64,000 nt of DNA from Minisyncoccota bacterium (lineage in GTDB: Bacteria > Patescibacteriota > Minisyncoccia > Phycocordibacterales > UBA9973): NCBI GenBank assembly GCA_041659785.1, contig JBAZXO010000001.1, positions 19,795 through 83,794 of the forward strand, written 5' to 3'. The stretch's first letter is position 1. Each line of letters begins with the position of its first letter. Both the position numbers and the translations under genes were made by a program. This document shows positions 55,345 through 64,000 of the stretch, piece after piece. The notes below the pieces were generated by a model, which was given only the letters and a program-made list of their open reading frames with translations, was not told where the DNA came from and made no database searches.

Positions 55345-57867
55345 TTAGTCAAGTAAAGTGGAAAGGAAACTGTGGATAACTTTTTTATCTCTTTTGAGCC
55401 AAGCGATATTGCCCTCTAGTCGTTCAATAATTTGTTCAATTGCGCGCTTGGCACCTGGGGCTTCGTGGTTGGCGAAGAATTTCTTGAAATTTTTTAGATG
55501 TTTTTCCTCGCTACTGCCAGAAATTGCTTTTACGGCTCTACCCAATGTGAGCCCTCCTTCACCATATCGTGATACAAGAGTCTTCCAATTCTTTTGAATA
55601 AAATTCCACCATATATCACGGCCATGTGGGTTAGCTCCGACACCTGAAAGAATGCCCACAGTGTCTTGGATGCGGACATTTTTAGACAATGCAAATTCAC
55701 AAGCCATTTTTAGAATCTTTGGATTAGAAAAATCTCCCAGGGCATTGCCTATGCGATTTTTCTCTTCATGCAGTGTTTCTTTTTTGTATTGTTTTATTAA
55801 TATGTTGTATTCTTTTATTCCACCATGAGTGGCTACTATCGAATATACAGCACCACGGATATCTGGAGATACTTGGTGGTTTTTTTGTATTTGTGAGAAT
55901 TTCTTTCTAGCTTCAGAAATTATTTTCTTGTCTCCAGAGACACCAGCGCGAGAAAGTGCAAGTGAACGAAGAAGTGTGTCTGCATGGGTTTCATTTTCCC
56001 CGCCTTTGGACGGGGCAAGCTTTTTATCCCAGCCGAGACGCAGAGCAACAGGGGAGAATAAATCTAATACAAGTTTATCCAAATTTTCTTTTGCGGGAGT
56101 TTTTGCTATAATCTGTCCTAGTCTAGAGAGGCCTGAAGCAATTTCAACCCAGACGGTATAATTATCTTCATTTTTAAAAGCCTTTAAAAATTCTAATGCA
56201 TCTGTGGTAGGTATTGTACCAGCTTCCGCTAAAGCGAAAAGATCTCGAACGATACCAAGCCTATCTCGAGGGGAGAGTAATTTTTTAGATACTGGTTCTA
56301 TGAGTTTTTCTAAAAGCTCTTTACTATATGCTGTTCTATAAAATCCTGTTTCACAAAAATTAATTTTTAGGTAGGCTTCGCTTGAAACTACTTTTATTGG
56401 CACCTGCCAAATAGTTTTATCTTTTGCTAGAGCTTTAGACTTTGGACTTGCAAAAAACCTTTCTTGAGTTAAGGAAAGTTTATTTTTTACCATACTTGCT
56501 TTGATAACAGGGTAGCCTGGTTTAGATGTCCAATTATGCATCATTTTGGCGACTGATTTTTTAGAAACTTTTTCAAAAGCTCTCCAGAGGTCTAGTGTCT
56601 CTGTATTTTTATAGCTGTGTTTTTTTAAATAATAACGAAGTCCATCACGAAAATCTTTTTCTCCTAGGTAGTCTGCGAGCATTCGGATTATCGATGCTCC
56701 TTTTGAATAAGATACTTCGTCGAATATTTCTCCTATCTCATCTGGATGATGAACTTCCACTTCTATTGGGTGAGTACTCTTGAGTGCGTCGAGCCGCAGA
56801 GCTACACCAAGATCGCTCGTAGAGAATTGTGTCCAAATATCCCATTTTGGGAAAAGTTTATCTACTGCTAGATATTCTATATATGAAGCAAAACCTTCGT
56901 TCAGCCATAAATGTGTCCACCATTCCATCGTTACTAAATTACCGAACCATTGATGCGCTAGTTCATGTGCTACGACGAGTGCTACCCATTGTTTATTTGA
57001 TGAAGAAGAATAATTTTCATCTACCAAGAGTGCACTTTCTCTATAAGTTACGGCACCCCAATTCTCCATTGCACCTGAGGCAAAGTCTGGAATAGCTATC
57101 ATGTCTAGTCCTGGTAATGGGTAAACAATATCAAAATATTTTTCATAAAATTCGAGAGTTTTAACTGCGCATTCGAGAGCAAATTTTGCTTGATGTTTTT
57201 TACCAGGAGTTGTATACACCCGAACTTGTACACCTCTTTTTGTTTTAGATTCTAGGTATTCAAAATCACCAATAATGAATGCTAAAAGGTAAGTGGACAT
57301 TTTAGGCGTAGGGGAAAATTTAACAATTTCATATTGAGCTTCATGTTCCAATACAGATATGGGCAATGTGTTAGAAATAGCAGTTTTTCCTTTTGGAATG
57401 ACGAGAGACACATGGAAAACTGCTTTGTGTGCAGGCTCGTCGAAGCAGGGGAAAGCACGTCGTGCGTCCGTAGCTTCGAATTGTGTTGTCGCCATATGAT
57501 GCGTCTTACCATTTACTTGATATTGACTGCGATAAAAACCACGCATTTTATCATTTAATATTCCCTTAAAAACAAGGTTTAACCTTGTTTTTCTTACAGT
57601 GATTAATTGGGGAAATAAAAAAGTAGCTGTTTCTTGTTTTTTATTGTAAGTAATTTTTGCAAAAATTTTCTCTCCTCCCATCAATACATCTGCCGTATCT
57701 ATCTCAATTTCCTTTGAGTGTAGAGTTAGTGTTTTTGTATTTTTTAAAATTAAGAGATTTATTGTTTCAACACCACTAAAAGTAAAGTTCTCTAAATCTG
57801 GTTTCAGTTGGATATCATATTTTATGGGAGTAACATTTTTTGAAAGACGAACCTCTTTTTTTATCAT
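55345..57867 (-). CDS. pepN: M1-family aminopeptidase N carrying an in-frame family A palindrome
   Basis: GAMENWG; HELAHQWFGNLVTMEWWTHLWLNEGFASY (HExxH...E). The insertion encodes KKLAPSKGGENE. Confidence 0.9.
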   Translation of the reverse strand: MIKKEVRLSKNVTPIKYDIQLKPDLENFTFSGVETINLLILKNTKTLTLHSKEIEIDTADVLMGGEKIFAKITYNKKQETATFLFPQLITVRKTRLNLVFKGILNDKMRGFYRSQYQVNGKTHHMATTQFEATDARRAFPCFDEPAHKAVFHVSLVIPKGKTAISNTLPISVLEHEAQYEIVKFSPTPKMSTYLLAFIIGDFEYLESKTKRGVQVRVYTTPGKKHQAKFALECAVKTLEFYEKYFDIVYPLPGLDMIAIPDFASGAMENWGAVTYRESALLVDENYSSSSNKQWVALVVAHELAHQWFGNLVTMEWWTHLWLNEGFASYIEYLAVDKLFPKWDIWTQFSTSDLGVALRLDALKSTHPIEVEVHHPDEIGEIFDEVSYSKGASIIRMLADYLGEKDFRDGLRYYLKKHSYKNTETLDLWRAFEKVSKKSVAKMMHNWTSKPGYPVIKASMVKNKLSLTQERFFASPKSKALAKDKTIWQVPIKVVSSEAYLKINFCETGFYRTAYSKELLEKLIEPVSKKLLSPRDRLGIVRDLFALAEAGTIPTTDALEFLKAFKNEDNYTVWVEIASGLSRLGQIIAKTPAKENLDKLVLDLFSPVALRLGWDKKLAPSKGGENETHADTLLRSLALSRAGVSGDKKIISEARKKFSQIQKNHQVSPDIRGAVYSIVATHGGIKEYNILIKQYKKETLHEEKNRIGNALGDFSNPKILKMACEFALSKNVRIQDTVGILSGVGANPHGRDIWWNFIQKNWKTLVSRYGEGGLTLGRAVKAISGSSEEKHLKNFKKFFANHEAPGAKRAIEQIIERLEGNIAWLKRDKKVIHSFLSTLLD
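55987..56008. repeat. family A palindrome (reverse orientation) inside pepN, near-identical (with flanks, about 33 nt) to the grpE copy
   Basis: Reverse complement aagcttgccccgtccaaaggcggggaaaatgaa, against grpE aaacttgccccgtccaaaggcggggataatgaa. Confidence 0.8.
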
Positions 57868-57886
57868 TTTAATTAATTAAATTTTA

Positions 57887-59107
57887 TTAAACTACTTCTA
57901 CAGGTTCAATGTCTATATGCTCTTTTGGTTTTATATGTTTGTAAGTATTAAATATAAAAATGAAAGTAATAAATAAAATTATTCCCGCTAGTAGAAAAGG
58001 AAAATTATTGCCAATAACATAAACAGTACCTCCTATAATTGGCCCTAGAATCATAGAGAGAGACATCAATGAAGATAGAATACCCATCATTTCGCCTTGC
58101 TCTTTTTTATCTGAGAATCCAATTATTTGGCTATTCATAATAACTCTGAGTGTAGATTGACCAAAGGCAGTGATAATTAATCCAAATAGGAAAGCAAGCT
58201 TAAATGGTATAGCCATTATAAAATAACCCAGAGCAAAAGGAATTAACATCCAGATCATCAAATATGATTCTTTGAAATAATGTAGCCAGACTTTTCGGAT
58301 CATAAAAGCTTGGTTGAATGAAATGATTATCCCAACCAATGCCATGACGAATCCAGAGGCTACTACTGTCCAAGAGAATACCTTCGCGATATATAAAGCA
58401 AAGATTGATTGATTGAGTGATATTGCTATGCCGAAGAATAACCAAGCGAGATAAAGTGGTAGAATATTTTTATTTTTATAAGCTTTGATTATTGGAGAAA
58501 AAGGGTTTAAAGAAATTTTATTTGGGTTTCTGTCATGATGCGTCTCTGGTAAAAAGTAAAAAGCTAATATTGTATTTATCGTAGCCATAACTCCAACAAC
58601 AATGAAAGGCAATTTCATGCTAACACTCGATAGAACTCCTCCGACTAGGGGGCCGATGATGAAAGCTATACCAAAGATTGCACCGATTAATCCTAGATTT
58701 TTTGTTCGTTCTTTTTGATCCTTCGCTATGTCTATAAGATAATTTTGAGCAGTTGAAATATTTCCTGCAGCTGAACCGTCTATTATTCTTCCTAAAAATA
58801 GACCGAAAAGTGTTTTTGAAAAAGTAAAAATTAACCAACCAACAGCTGATGATGCCAAACTTAAGAGCAATACTGGCCTTCTACCTTTTCGGTCAGAAAT
58901 TGCTCCGAGTATTGGTGCACTAAAAAAAGCGCAAAGAGAAAAAACAGCAAAAAGCAGAGTCACTACAATATCTGGAACATTGAATGATTCTACGTAATAC
59001 GGAAGAATAGGCACGATAAGCCCTATCCCTAGTACATCTAAAAATACAGTAGAGAGTATTATGATTTTGGGTGAGAATTTAAACTTATTTTGGATTTTTT
59101 CTTGCAT
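57887..59107 (-). CDS. MFS transporter
   Basis: 12 TM; GAISDRKGRRPVLL signature loop. Confidence 0.8.
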   Translation of the reverse strand: MQEKIQNKFKFSPKIIILSTVFLDVLGIGLIVPILPYYVESFNVPDIVVTLLFAVFSLCAFFSAPILGAISDRKGRRPVLLLSLASSAVGWLIFTFSKTLFGLFLGRIIDGSAAGNISTAQNYLIDIAKDQKERTKNLGLIGAIFGIAFIIGPLVGGVLSSVSMKLPFIVVGVMATINTILAFYFLPETHHDRNPNKISLNPFSPIIKAYKNKNILPLYLAWLFFGIAISLNQSIFALYIAKVFSWTVVASGFVMALVGIIISFNQAFMIRKVWLHYFKESYLMIWMLIPFALGYFIMAIPFKLAFLFGLIITAFGQSTLRVIMNSQIIGFSDKKEQGEMMGILSSLMSLSMILGPIIGGTVYVIGNNFPFLLAGIILFITFIFIFNTYKHIKPKEHIDIEPVEVV

Positions 59108-59149
59108 CTATTCAATCTATCATAAAATATCAAAAAGGTATATAATCCA

Positions 59150-59938
59150 ATGATGGAAAGAGATATTTTCCAAATAAAGACTGCTAGTTTCGAAGGGCCC
59201 TTTGGGCTACTTCTTAGTTTAGTGGAAAAAAGAAAGCTTTTTATAAATGATGTATCTCTCGCTCAGGTTACAGAGGATTATTTAGCATACATAAATAAAT
59301 TAGGCGGGCTACCTCCAGCTGAAATTTCTAGCTTTATCCTAGTAGCCTCTACATTACTTCTCATTAAATCGAAATCATTACTACCCAACCTAGACCTTAC
59401 AAATGAAGAAGAAGGAGATATTCGTAATCTGGAAGAAAGGTTACGTCTATATGAGATGTTTACAAAATTATCTGTAAATATTAAAAGTAATTTTGGAAAG
59501 AAAATAATCTTTGCACCTTTGGAGCGTAAGGGTAGTGTTTTAGTATTTTTGCCAGACGATCAGATTACAAAAGAATCCATGATGACTTTTGCGCAGAATG
59601 TCCTCGGAGCGATGCCGAAAAAAGTATTTTTACCTAAAGTAGAGGTGAAAGTCGTCATCAGTATCGAGGAAATGATAGACAAGTTAACTGAGAGGATAAA
59701 AAATTCACTCAAAATAAATTTTAAAGATTTTCATGGACAAGGTGGTACGACCGCCACACGCGAAGAAAAGATAGTTGTAATTGTGGGATTTCTTGCTATG
59801 CTAGAGCTTGTCAGACAAGGAATGATTGATGCTACGCAGGAGGCTGATTCTGCTGATATTTTTATTGAAAAGACTGAAATTCTAGACGTCGGACATCAAG
59901 ATTCCCAGATGTCCGACGTCTCAGAGATTATAAATTAA
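59150..59938 (+). CDS. scpA: segregation and condensation protein A
   Basis: ..FEGPFGLLLSLVEKRKLFINDVSLAQVTEDYLAYI.. Confidence 0.8.
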   Translation: MMERDIFQIKTASFEGPFGLLLSLVEKRKLFINDVSLAQVTEDYLAYINKLGGLPPAEISSFILVASTLLLIKSKSLLPNLDLTNEEEGDIRNLEERLRLYEMFTKLSVNIKSNFGKKIIFAPLERKGSVLVFLPDDQITKESMMTFAQNVLGAMPKKVFLPKVEVKVVISIEEMIDKLTERIKNSLKINFKDFHGQGGTTATREEKIVVIVGFLAMLELVRQGMIDATQEADSADIFIEKTEILDVGHQDSQMSDVSEIIN

Positions 59939-59944
59939 AAAATT

Positions 59945-60502
59945 ATGAATTTAGAAAATAAAATTGAAGCGATACTTTTCTTTAAAGGTGAACCAGTTTC
60001 TTTCAAAAAATTGGAAGATGTTTTAAAAGTTTCAAAAGATGAAATAGTAGAAGCAGTTTCAAGTTTGAAAAATAATCTTGCAAATAGGGGAGTAGTGCTA
60101 CTCCAAAATAATAACGAGCTTACACTCGGCACTGCCCCAGAATTAAGTAAACTCATTGAAGATTTACAAAAAGAAGAATTAAATAAAGACCTCTCAAAAG
60201 CAGCCCTCGAGACACTATCTATCGTACTTTATAAAAATGGTGTGAGCCGTGCAGAGATTGATTATATTCGTGGAGTTAACTCCAGCTTTACCTTGAGAGC
60301 CTTATCTATCCGCGGACTCGTAGAAAAGACTGTGGACCCCAAGGACAATAGACGTTTTATCTATAAACCAAGTTTTGACATGATGTCTTATCTAGGAATA
60401 TCTTCGATAGAAGAATTGCCAGAATATAATGAAATAAATAATTCTATTCAAGTCGCAGCACAGAATCTAGTAGATGAAAATAAAGAGACAGAAGAAAATT
60501 AA
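59945..60502 (+). CDS. scpB: segregation and condensation protein B
   Basis: IEAILFFKGEPVSFKKL..; winged-helix pair ..VSRAEIDYIRGVNSSFTLRALSIRGLVEK. Confidence 0.8.
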   Translation: MNLENKIEAILFFKGEPVSFKKLEDVLKVSKDEIVEAVSSLKNNLANRGVVLLQNNNELTLGTAPELSKLIEDLQKEELNKDLSKAALETLSIVLYKNGVSRAEIDYIRGVNSSFTLRALSIRGLVEKTVDPKDNRRFIYKPSFDMMSYLGISSIEELPEYNEINNSIQVAAQNLVDENKETEEN

Positions 60503-61344
60503 ATACAATCTGGATTTATGCCGAGCACGTAGTCGTTGATTAAATCTTCGCCAGATACATTTTCATCTCCTAGAAAATTATTTATATCTTTTTCTACAAT
60601 TAAATCTTTATATTGTTCAGTAAAAGTTTTTGCAAGTGGCAAATAAGACCAGTGCCATTTTTCTTCATTGTAACCTTTTGGTCGTGCTGTACCCCTTAGG
60701 GTGTAAGGCTGGCAAAATCCGTATGATGGAGCATTTTTATTTAACCACTCATACACATCTTTACCTTTTGGAGTTTTGAAATATTCTGGAGTTGAGTCAT
60801 TTATATCTATATCTCCGCCCCAATGGTGCCTAGACGTTCCAGGCACAGCGCTGTATTCTAATATTTTCTTAAATCTTTCTAACTCGTCGGGAGTATTTTT
60901 AAATAAACTTTTTCCATCAACAAATGTAACTCCAGACCATTTGTTGTTCCAAATGTCTTTTTGATATTCAAAATTTCTAGTTGCTGAAGCTATTTTTAAA
61001 TTTATTTTATCTTTATTTGCGGCTTCTGCCATCTTGATAAAAGCAGAGAGGGCTTCTTTCCTTAAATACATATCACTCAGAGGAACAGTGGAGTATTGTT
61101 TAGGAATTAAGACGAAATCTGCTCTTTGTGTTTGATCAAACTTACCCATTAAGTAATCCTTTTCTTTCTGTATGCCGAGTTCTTTTATCCTTTTAAGTAT
61201 CAAATCTTTTTGTAGTAATCCCTGTGAGCTTGCGTCATAATAAATCGTCTCTTCGAAGTTCAAGATAAATGATGCTATTATTAATATTAATGCAAAAAAG
61301 ATTACGAATATAGGGAATTTATATTTAGAGATTGTCCTATTCAT
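60499..61344 (-). CDS. membrane-anchored D-Ala-D-Ala carboxypeptidase (VanY / peptidase M15B-like)
   Basis: SATRNFEYQ, GTSRHHWGGDIDIND metal-binding motifs; N-terminal TM. Confidence 0.65.
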   Translation of the reverse strand: MNRTISKYKFPIFVIFFALILIIASFILNFEETIYYDASSQGLLQKDLILKRIKELGIQKEKDYLMGKFDQTQRADFVLIPKQYSTVPLSDMYLRKEALSAFIKMAEAANKDKINLKIASATRNFEYQKDIWNNKWSGVTFVDGKSLFKNTPDELERFKKILEYSAVPGTSRHHWGGDIDINDSTPEYFKTPKGKDVYEWLNKNAPSYGFCQPYTLRGTARPKGYNEEKWHWSYLPLAKTFTEQYKDLIVEKDINNFLGDENVSGEDLINDYVLGINPDCI

Positions 61345-61403
61345 ATATAAATAATAACATTTTGGGGTGTTTTAATCAAAAAAATTAAGTGCTATAATCT
61401 AGT

Positions 61404-62456
61404 ATGCTTTTAAATTTAGTTAAAATTTCTATACCGACAGCATTTGCCTTTTTTTTGGCTCTTTTGCTCACTCCAGTCGCTACACATTTCTTTTATAAAT
61501 ATAAAATGTGGAAAAAATACTCCAGAAATGAAGATAAAATTACTGAATTTAAAAAGATTCATAATGAACAAGAAGAATTAAGGACTCCGCGCGTGGGAGG
61601 GATAATAGTTTGGTTTTCAATTCTTTTAACGACTTTAATTTTTTATTTAGTTGCAATATTGTTTCCTTCTATCAACACAGAAAAAATAAATTTTTTAAGT
61701 CATAACCAAACTTTGATTCCATTACTGACTCTTCTCCTTGGTTCACTTATTGGGCTCTCGGATGACCTTATTCAAATTTATGGTACCGGTAAAATTGCAC
61801 GCGATGATAAATCTTGGCGTAAGTGGAAAGCATTGCTAGTTACTCTGGTCGCTTTTTTGATTGGTCTTTGGTTTTTCTATAAATTAGGAATGACCGGAAT
61901 TCATATTCCGTTTGGAGGAGAAATCTATGTAGGGATTTTTATTATCCCTATTTTCATGATAGTGGCCTTGGCGACATTTTCTGGGGGAGTAATAGATGGC
62001 ATTGATGGTCTTTCTGGGGGAGTTCTCGCTTCAATATTTGCAGCATATTCTGTCATAGCTCTTGCAAATAATCAGATAGACATAGCTACTTTTTGTGGAG
62101 TTACGACTGGTGCAATTCTTGCTTTTCTCTGGTTCAATATTCCGCCTGCTAGATTTTATATGGGAGAGACTGGCATCATGGGCCTTACTATTATGCTCGC
62201 GACGATTGCTTTCTTAACGGATTCTGTTTTTATTCTGCCAATCGTTGCATTTCCACTCGTCATTTCTTCAGGTTCAGTTATTTTACAACTTCTTTCTAAA
62301 AAGTTTAGAAATGGTAAAAGATTGTTTAAGCTCGCACCTATACATCATCACTTCGAAGCCATAGGTTGGTCATCTTATAAAGTCACGATGCGTTACTGGG
62401 TTCTTTCAATTATCTTTGCAATTATTGGTATTATTTTAGCAATCATTAGTCGGTAA
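61404..62456 (+). CDS. mraY: phospho-N-acetylmuramoyl-pentapeptide transferase
   Basis: ..GLSDDLIQI.., PARFYMGETGIMGL, APIHHHFE. Confidence 0.85.
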   Translation: MLLNLVKISIPTAFAFFLALLLTPVATHFFYKYKMWKKYSRNEDKITEFKKIHNEQEELRTPRVGGIIVWFSILLTTLIFYLVAILFPSINTEKINFLSHNQTLIPLLTLLLGSLIGLSDDLIQIYGTGKIARDDKSWRKWKALLVTLVAFLIGLWFFYKLGMTGIHIPFGGEIYVGIFIIPIFMIVALATFSGGVIDGIDGLSGGVLASIFAAYSVIALANNQIDIATFCGVTTGAILAFLWFNIPPARFYMGETGIMGLTIMLATIAFLTDSVFILPIVAFPLVISSGSVILQLLSKKFRNGKRLFKLAPIHHHFEAIGWSSYKVTMRYWVLSIIFAIIGIILAIISR

Positions 62457-62457
62457 T

Positions 62458-63555
62458 ATGAAGGAAAAAAAAGTAGATAGATTTTTTCTAATAATTGTAC
62501 TTATATTACTTTTTTTTGGTGTTGCTATGTTTGTCTCAGCATCACTTGGGGTCTTGGCGAAGAATCCAGCCATTTTTTATCAAGTGATTTTTAGCCAGTT
62601 AGTCCTCGGCCTCGGCCTCGGCCTCGTTGGTATGTATTTTTGTTTTAAAATTGATTACAAACTTTTACGTAATTATTCCTTTTTAATTTTTGTGGGTTCG
62701 ATACTTTTGACTGCGGCAGTTTTCATACCATTTTTAGGATGGAGTCATGGGGGAGCGGAGAGATGGATACAAATAGGGAGATTCAATTTTCAGCCGGTAG
62801 AATTTTTAAAATTTGGTTTTGTTATTTATTTTGCAGCATGGCTGTCTTGGACAAGAAATAAAGTGCAAGATTTTAGATTTAAAATTTTGCCATTTATGGT
62901 GATGATTGTGGTCATCGCTGTTGTCTTACTCAAACAGCCAGACACAAAAAGTTTTATTTTAATTACAGTCACTGGTGTATCGATGCTTTTTTTATCGAGT
63001 GTTCCTGTTAAATATATTCTAGGCACACTATTGGGAGTGATAATATTACTCGGAACTCTCGTATTTGTTACTCCTTATTTACAACAACGTGTGAAAACTT
63101 TTATTAATCCGAGCGGGGATGCACAAGGCTCTTCTTATCAAATTCAGCAATCACTCATCGCTCTCGGATCTGGCGGAATGTTTGGTAGAGGTTTCGGCCA
63201 AAGTGTACAGAAATTTAGTTATTTGCCAGAACCACAAGGCGACTCTATTTTCGCTGTTTTAGGTGAAGAATTAGGTTTTATCGGTTCAACATTAACGATA
63301 TTTCTTTATATTCTTTTTATCTTACGCGGGTTTCGTATTGCTAGTCGTTCACCGGATTCTTTTAGTGGACTTTTGGTATATGGAATTGTTATACTTATTA
63401 CAGCACAGTCTTTTATGCACATTGCTTCTGTTACTGGAGTCTTTCCGTTGACCGGAGTTCCGCTTGTTTTTATGAGTCAGGGAGGTACTTCACTTATGGT
63501 GTATCTTATGGCAATAGGTATTGTGCTTAATATATCGAGATTTCAGCGGATATGA
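62458..63555 (+). CDS. ftsW: SEDS-family peptidoglycan glycosyltransferase FtsW/RodA
   Basis: ..GGAERWIQIGRFNFQPVEFLKFG.., 10 TM; gene order mraY-ftsW-murG. Confidence 0.8.
   Translation: MKEKKVDRFFLIIVLILLFFGVAMFVSASLGVLAKNPAIFYQVIFSQLVLGLGLGLVGMYFCFKIDYKLLRNYSFLIFVGSILLTAAVFIPFLGWSHGGAERWIQIGRFNFQPVEFLKFGFVIYFAAWLSWTRNKVQDFRFKILPFMVMIVVIAVVLLKQPDTKSFILITVTGVSMLFLSSVPVKYILGTLLGVIILLGTLVFVTPYLQQRVKTFINPSGDAQGSSYQIQQSLIALGSGGMFGRGFGQSVQKFSYLPEPQGDSIFAVLGEELGFIGSTLTIFLYILFILRGFRIASRSPDSFSGLLVYGIVILITAQSFMHIASVTGVFPLTGVPLVFMSQGGTSLMVYLMAIGIVLNISRFQRI
62604..62626. repeat. hexanucleotide SSR (cctcgg) x about 3.8 inside ftsW (encodes GLGLGLG)
   Basis: gtcctcggcctcggcctcggcctcg read directly. Confidence 0.8.
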
Positions 63556-63557
63556 AT

Positions 63558-63672
63558 CCCGTTAGAAGCCGCGGTCGCAAAATTACATTTTTATATAATA
63601 TAAATATGCAAAAAATAAATTATAAAATAATTTTAAGTAGTAACGGTCTGACCGCGACCTGCTTCTAACGGG
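63558..63672 (+). promoter_or_regulatory. long-range inverted repeat between ftsW and murG: cccgttagaagc-cgcggtcgc ... gaccgcg-acct-gcttctaacggg, with its 3' arm abutting the murG ATG
   Basis: Perfect 12-bp outer and 7-bp inner arms around a 70-nt AT-rich loop. Outer arm identical to the aspS leader (51190/51240). Confidence 0.6.
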
Positions 63673-64000
63673 ATGAAAATAGTCTTTACAGGTGGTGGAA
63701 CAGGGGGGCATTTTTATCCAATCATAGCTGTCGCCCAAAAAGTTAATCAAATAATAGATCATGAGCACATAATAGGAGCGCAACTCTATTATCTTTCTGA
63801 TAGTCCTTATGATAAAGAATTGCTCGTAGAAAATGGGCTTTTGTATGAGGAGATAGGCGCTGGGAAAATGCGCACACATTTTTCTGTAAATAGTTTTTTC
63901 TTAAATTTTTTAGATATCTTTAAAATTTTTTTTGGTACGATAAATGCAATTTACAAATTGTTTTCAATTTATCCAGATGTTGTTTTTGGTAAAGGAGGCT
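63673..64000 (+). CDS. murG: MurG (N-terminal part; the gene continues past the window end; not in the ORF track)
   Basis: MKIVFTGGGTGGHFYPIIAVAQKV.. is the MurG G-loop N-terminus. Confidence 0.8.
   Translation, partial: MKIVFTGGGTGGHFYPIIAVAQKVNQIIDHEHIIGAQLYYLSDSPYDKELLVENGLLYEEIGAGKMRTHFSVNSFFLNFLDIFKIFFGTINAIYKLFSIYPDVVFGKGG

Noticed and set aside
1-64000. CRISPR arrays, rRNA genes, integrase/transposase genes
   Set aside because: No regularly spaced direct repeats, no rRNA-like conserved stretches, and no recombinase motifs were seen in any frame. The mobile-looking features here are miniature and non-autonomous.

Overview
This is a 64 kb AT-rich fragment (roughly 33-35% GC) with short intergenic spacers and compact housekeeping genes. 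I infer, but cannot verify without a search, that this is a reduced genome of the CPR/Patescibacteria type. Recognisable content: infB-rbfA, a cysteine desulfurase, clpB, a two-component pair, typA, mltG, mnmA, alaS, an infA-rpmJ-rpsM-rpsK-rpsD-rpoA-rplQ-rplM-rpsI block, grpE, dnaK and dnaJ (not contiguous), cysS, rplU, recR, dnaB, trpS, aspS, pepN, scpAB and mraY-ftsW-murG. There are five tRNAs, all on the minus strand (Leu-TAG, Lys-CTT, Leu-TAA, Cys-GCA, Tyr-GTA). No rRNA or CRISPR array is present.

Three things stand out.

1. A type IV secretion-like module. A tandem array of at least five TrbC/VirB2-like pilin paralogs sits at 1-2253, one of them a double-domain fusion. Two tandem VirD4/TraD-like coupling ATPases are wedged between dnaK and dnaJ. 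Nearby lie two paralogous G/T/N-rich surface proteins, one with a G9 tract abutting its -10 box.

2. Several families of short GC-rich palindromic mini-elements scattered through the AT-rich background. Many are inserted in-frame in essential genes (infB, mnmA, cysS, pepN, grpE, the desulfurase). One nearly identical ~33-nt copy encodes KKLAPSKGG(D/E)NE in both grpE and pepN. Others sit immediately before start codons. One pair flanks a DUF559 endonuclease gene as terminal inverted repeats. This behaviour is analogous to Rickettsia palindromic elements.

3. Two compositionally foreign islets. One is GC-rich and carries an SPFH protein plus a membrane protein at 2348-3912. The other holds three small Cys-containing ORFs at 50112-51088 with a duplicated leader motif, canonical SD sequences and a strong terminator.

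A conserved cccgttagaa leader hairpin also pairs up to the ATG of aspS and of murG.
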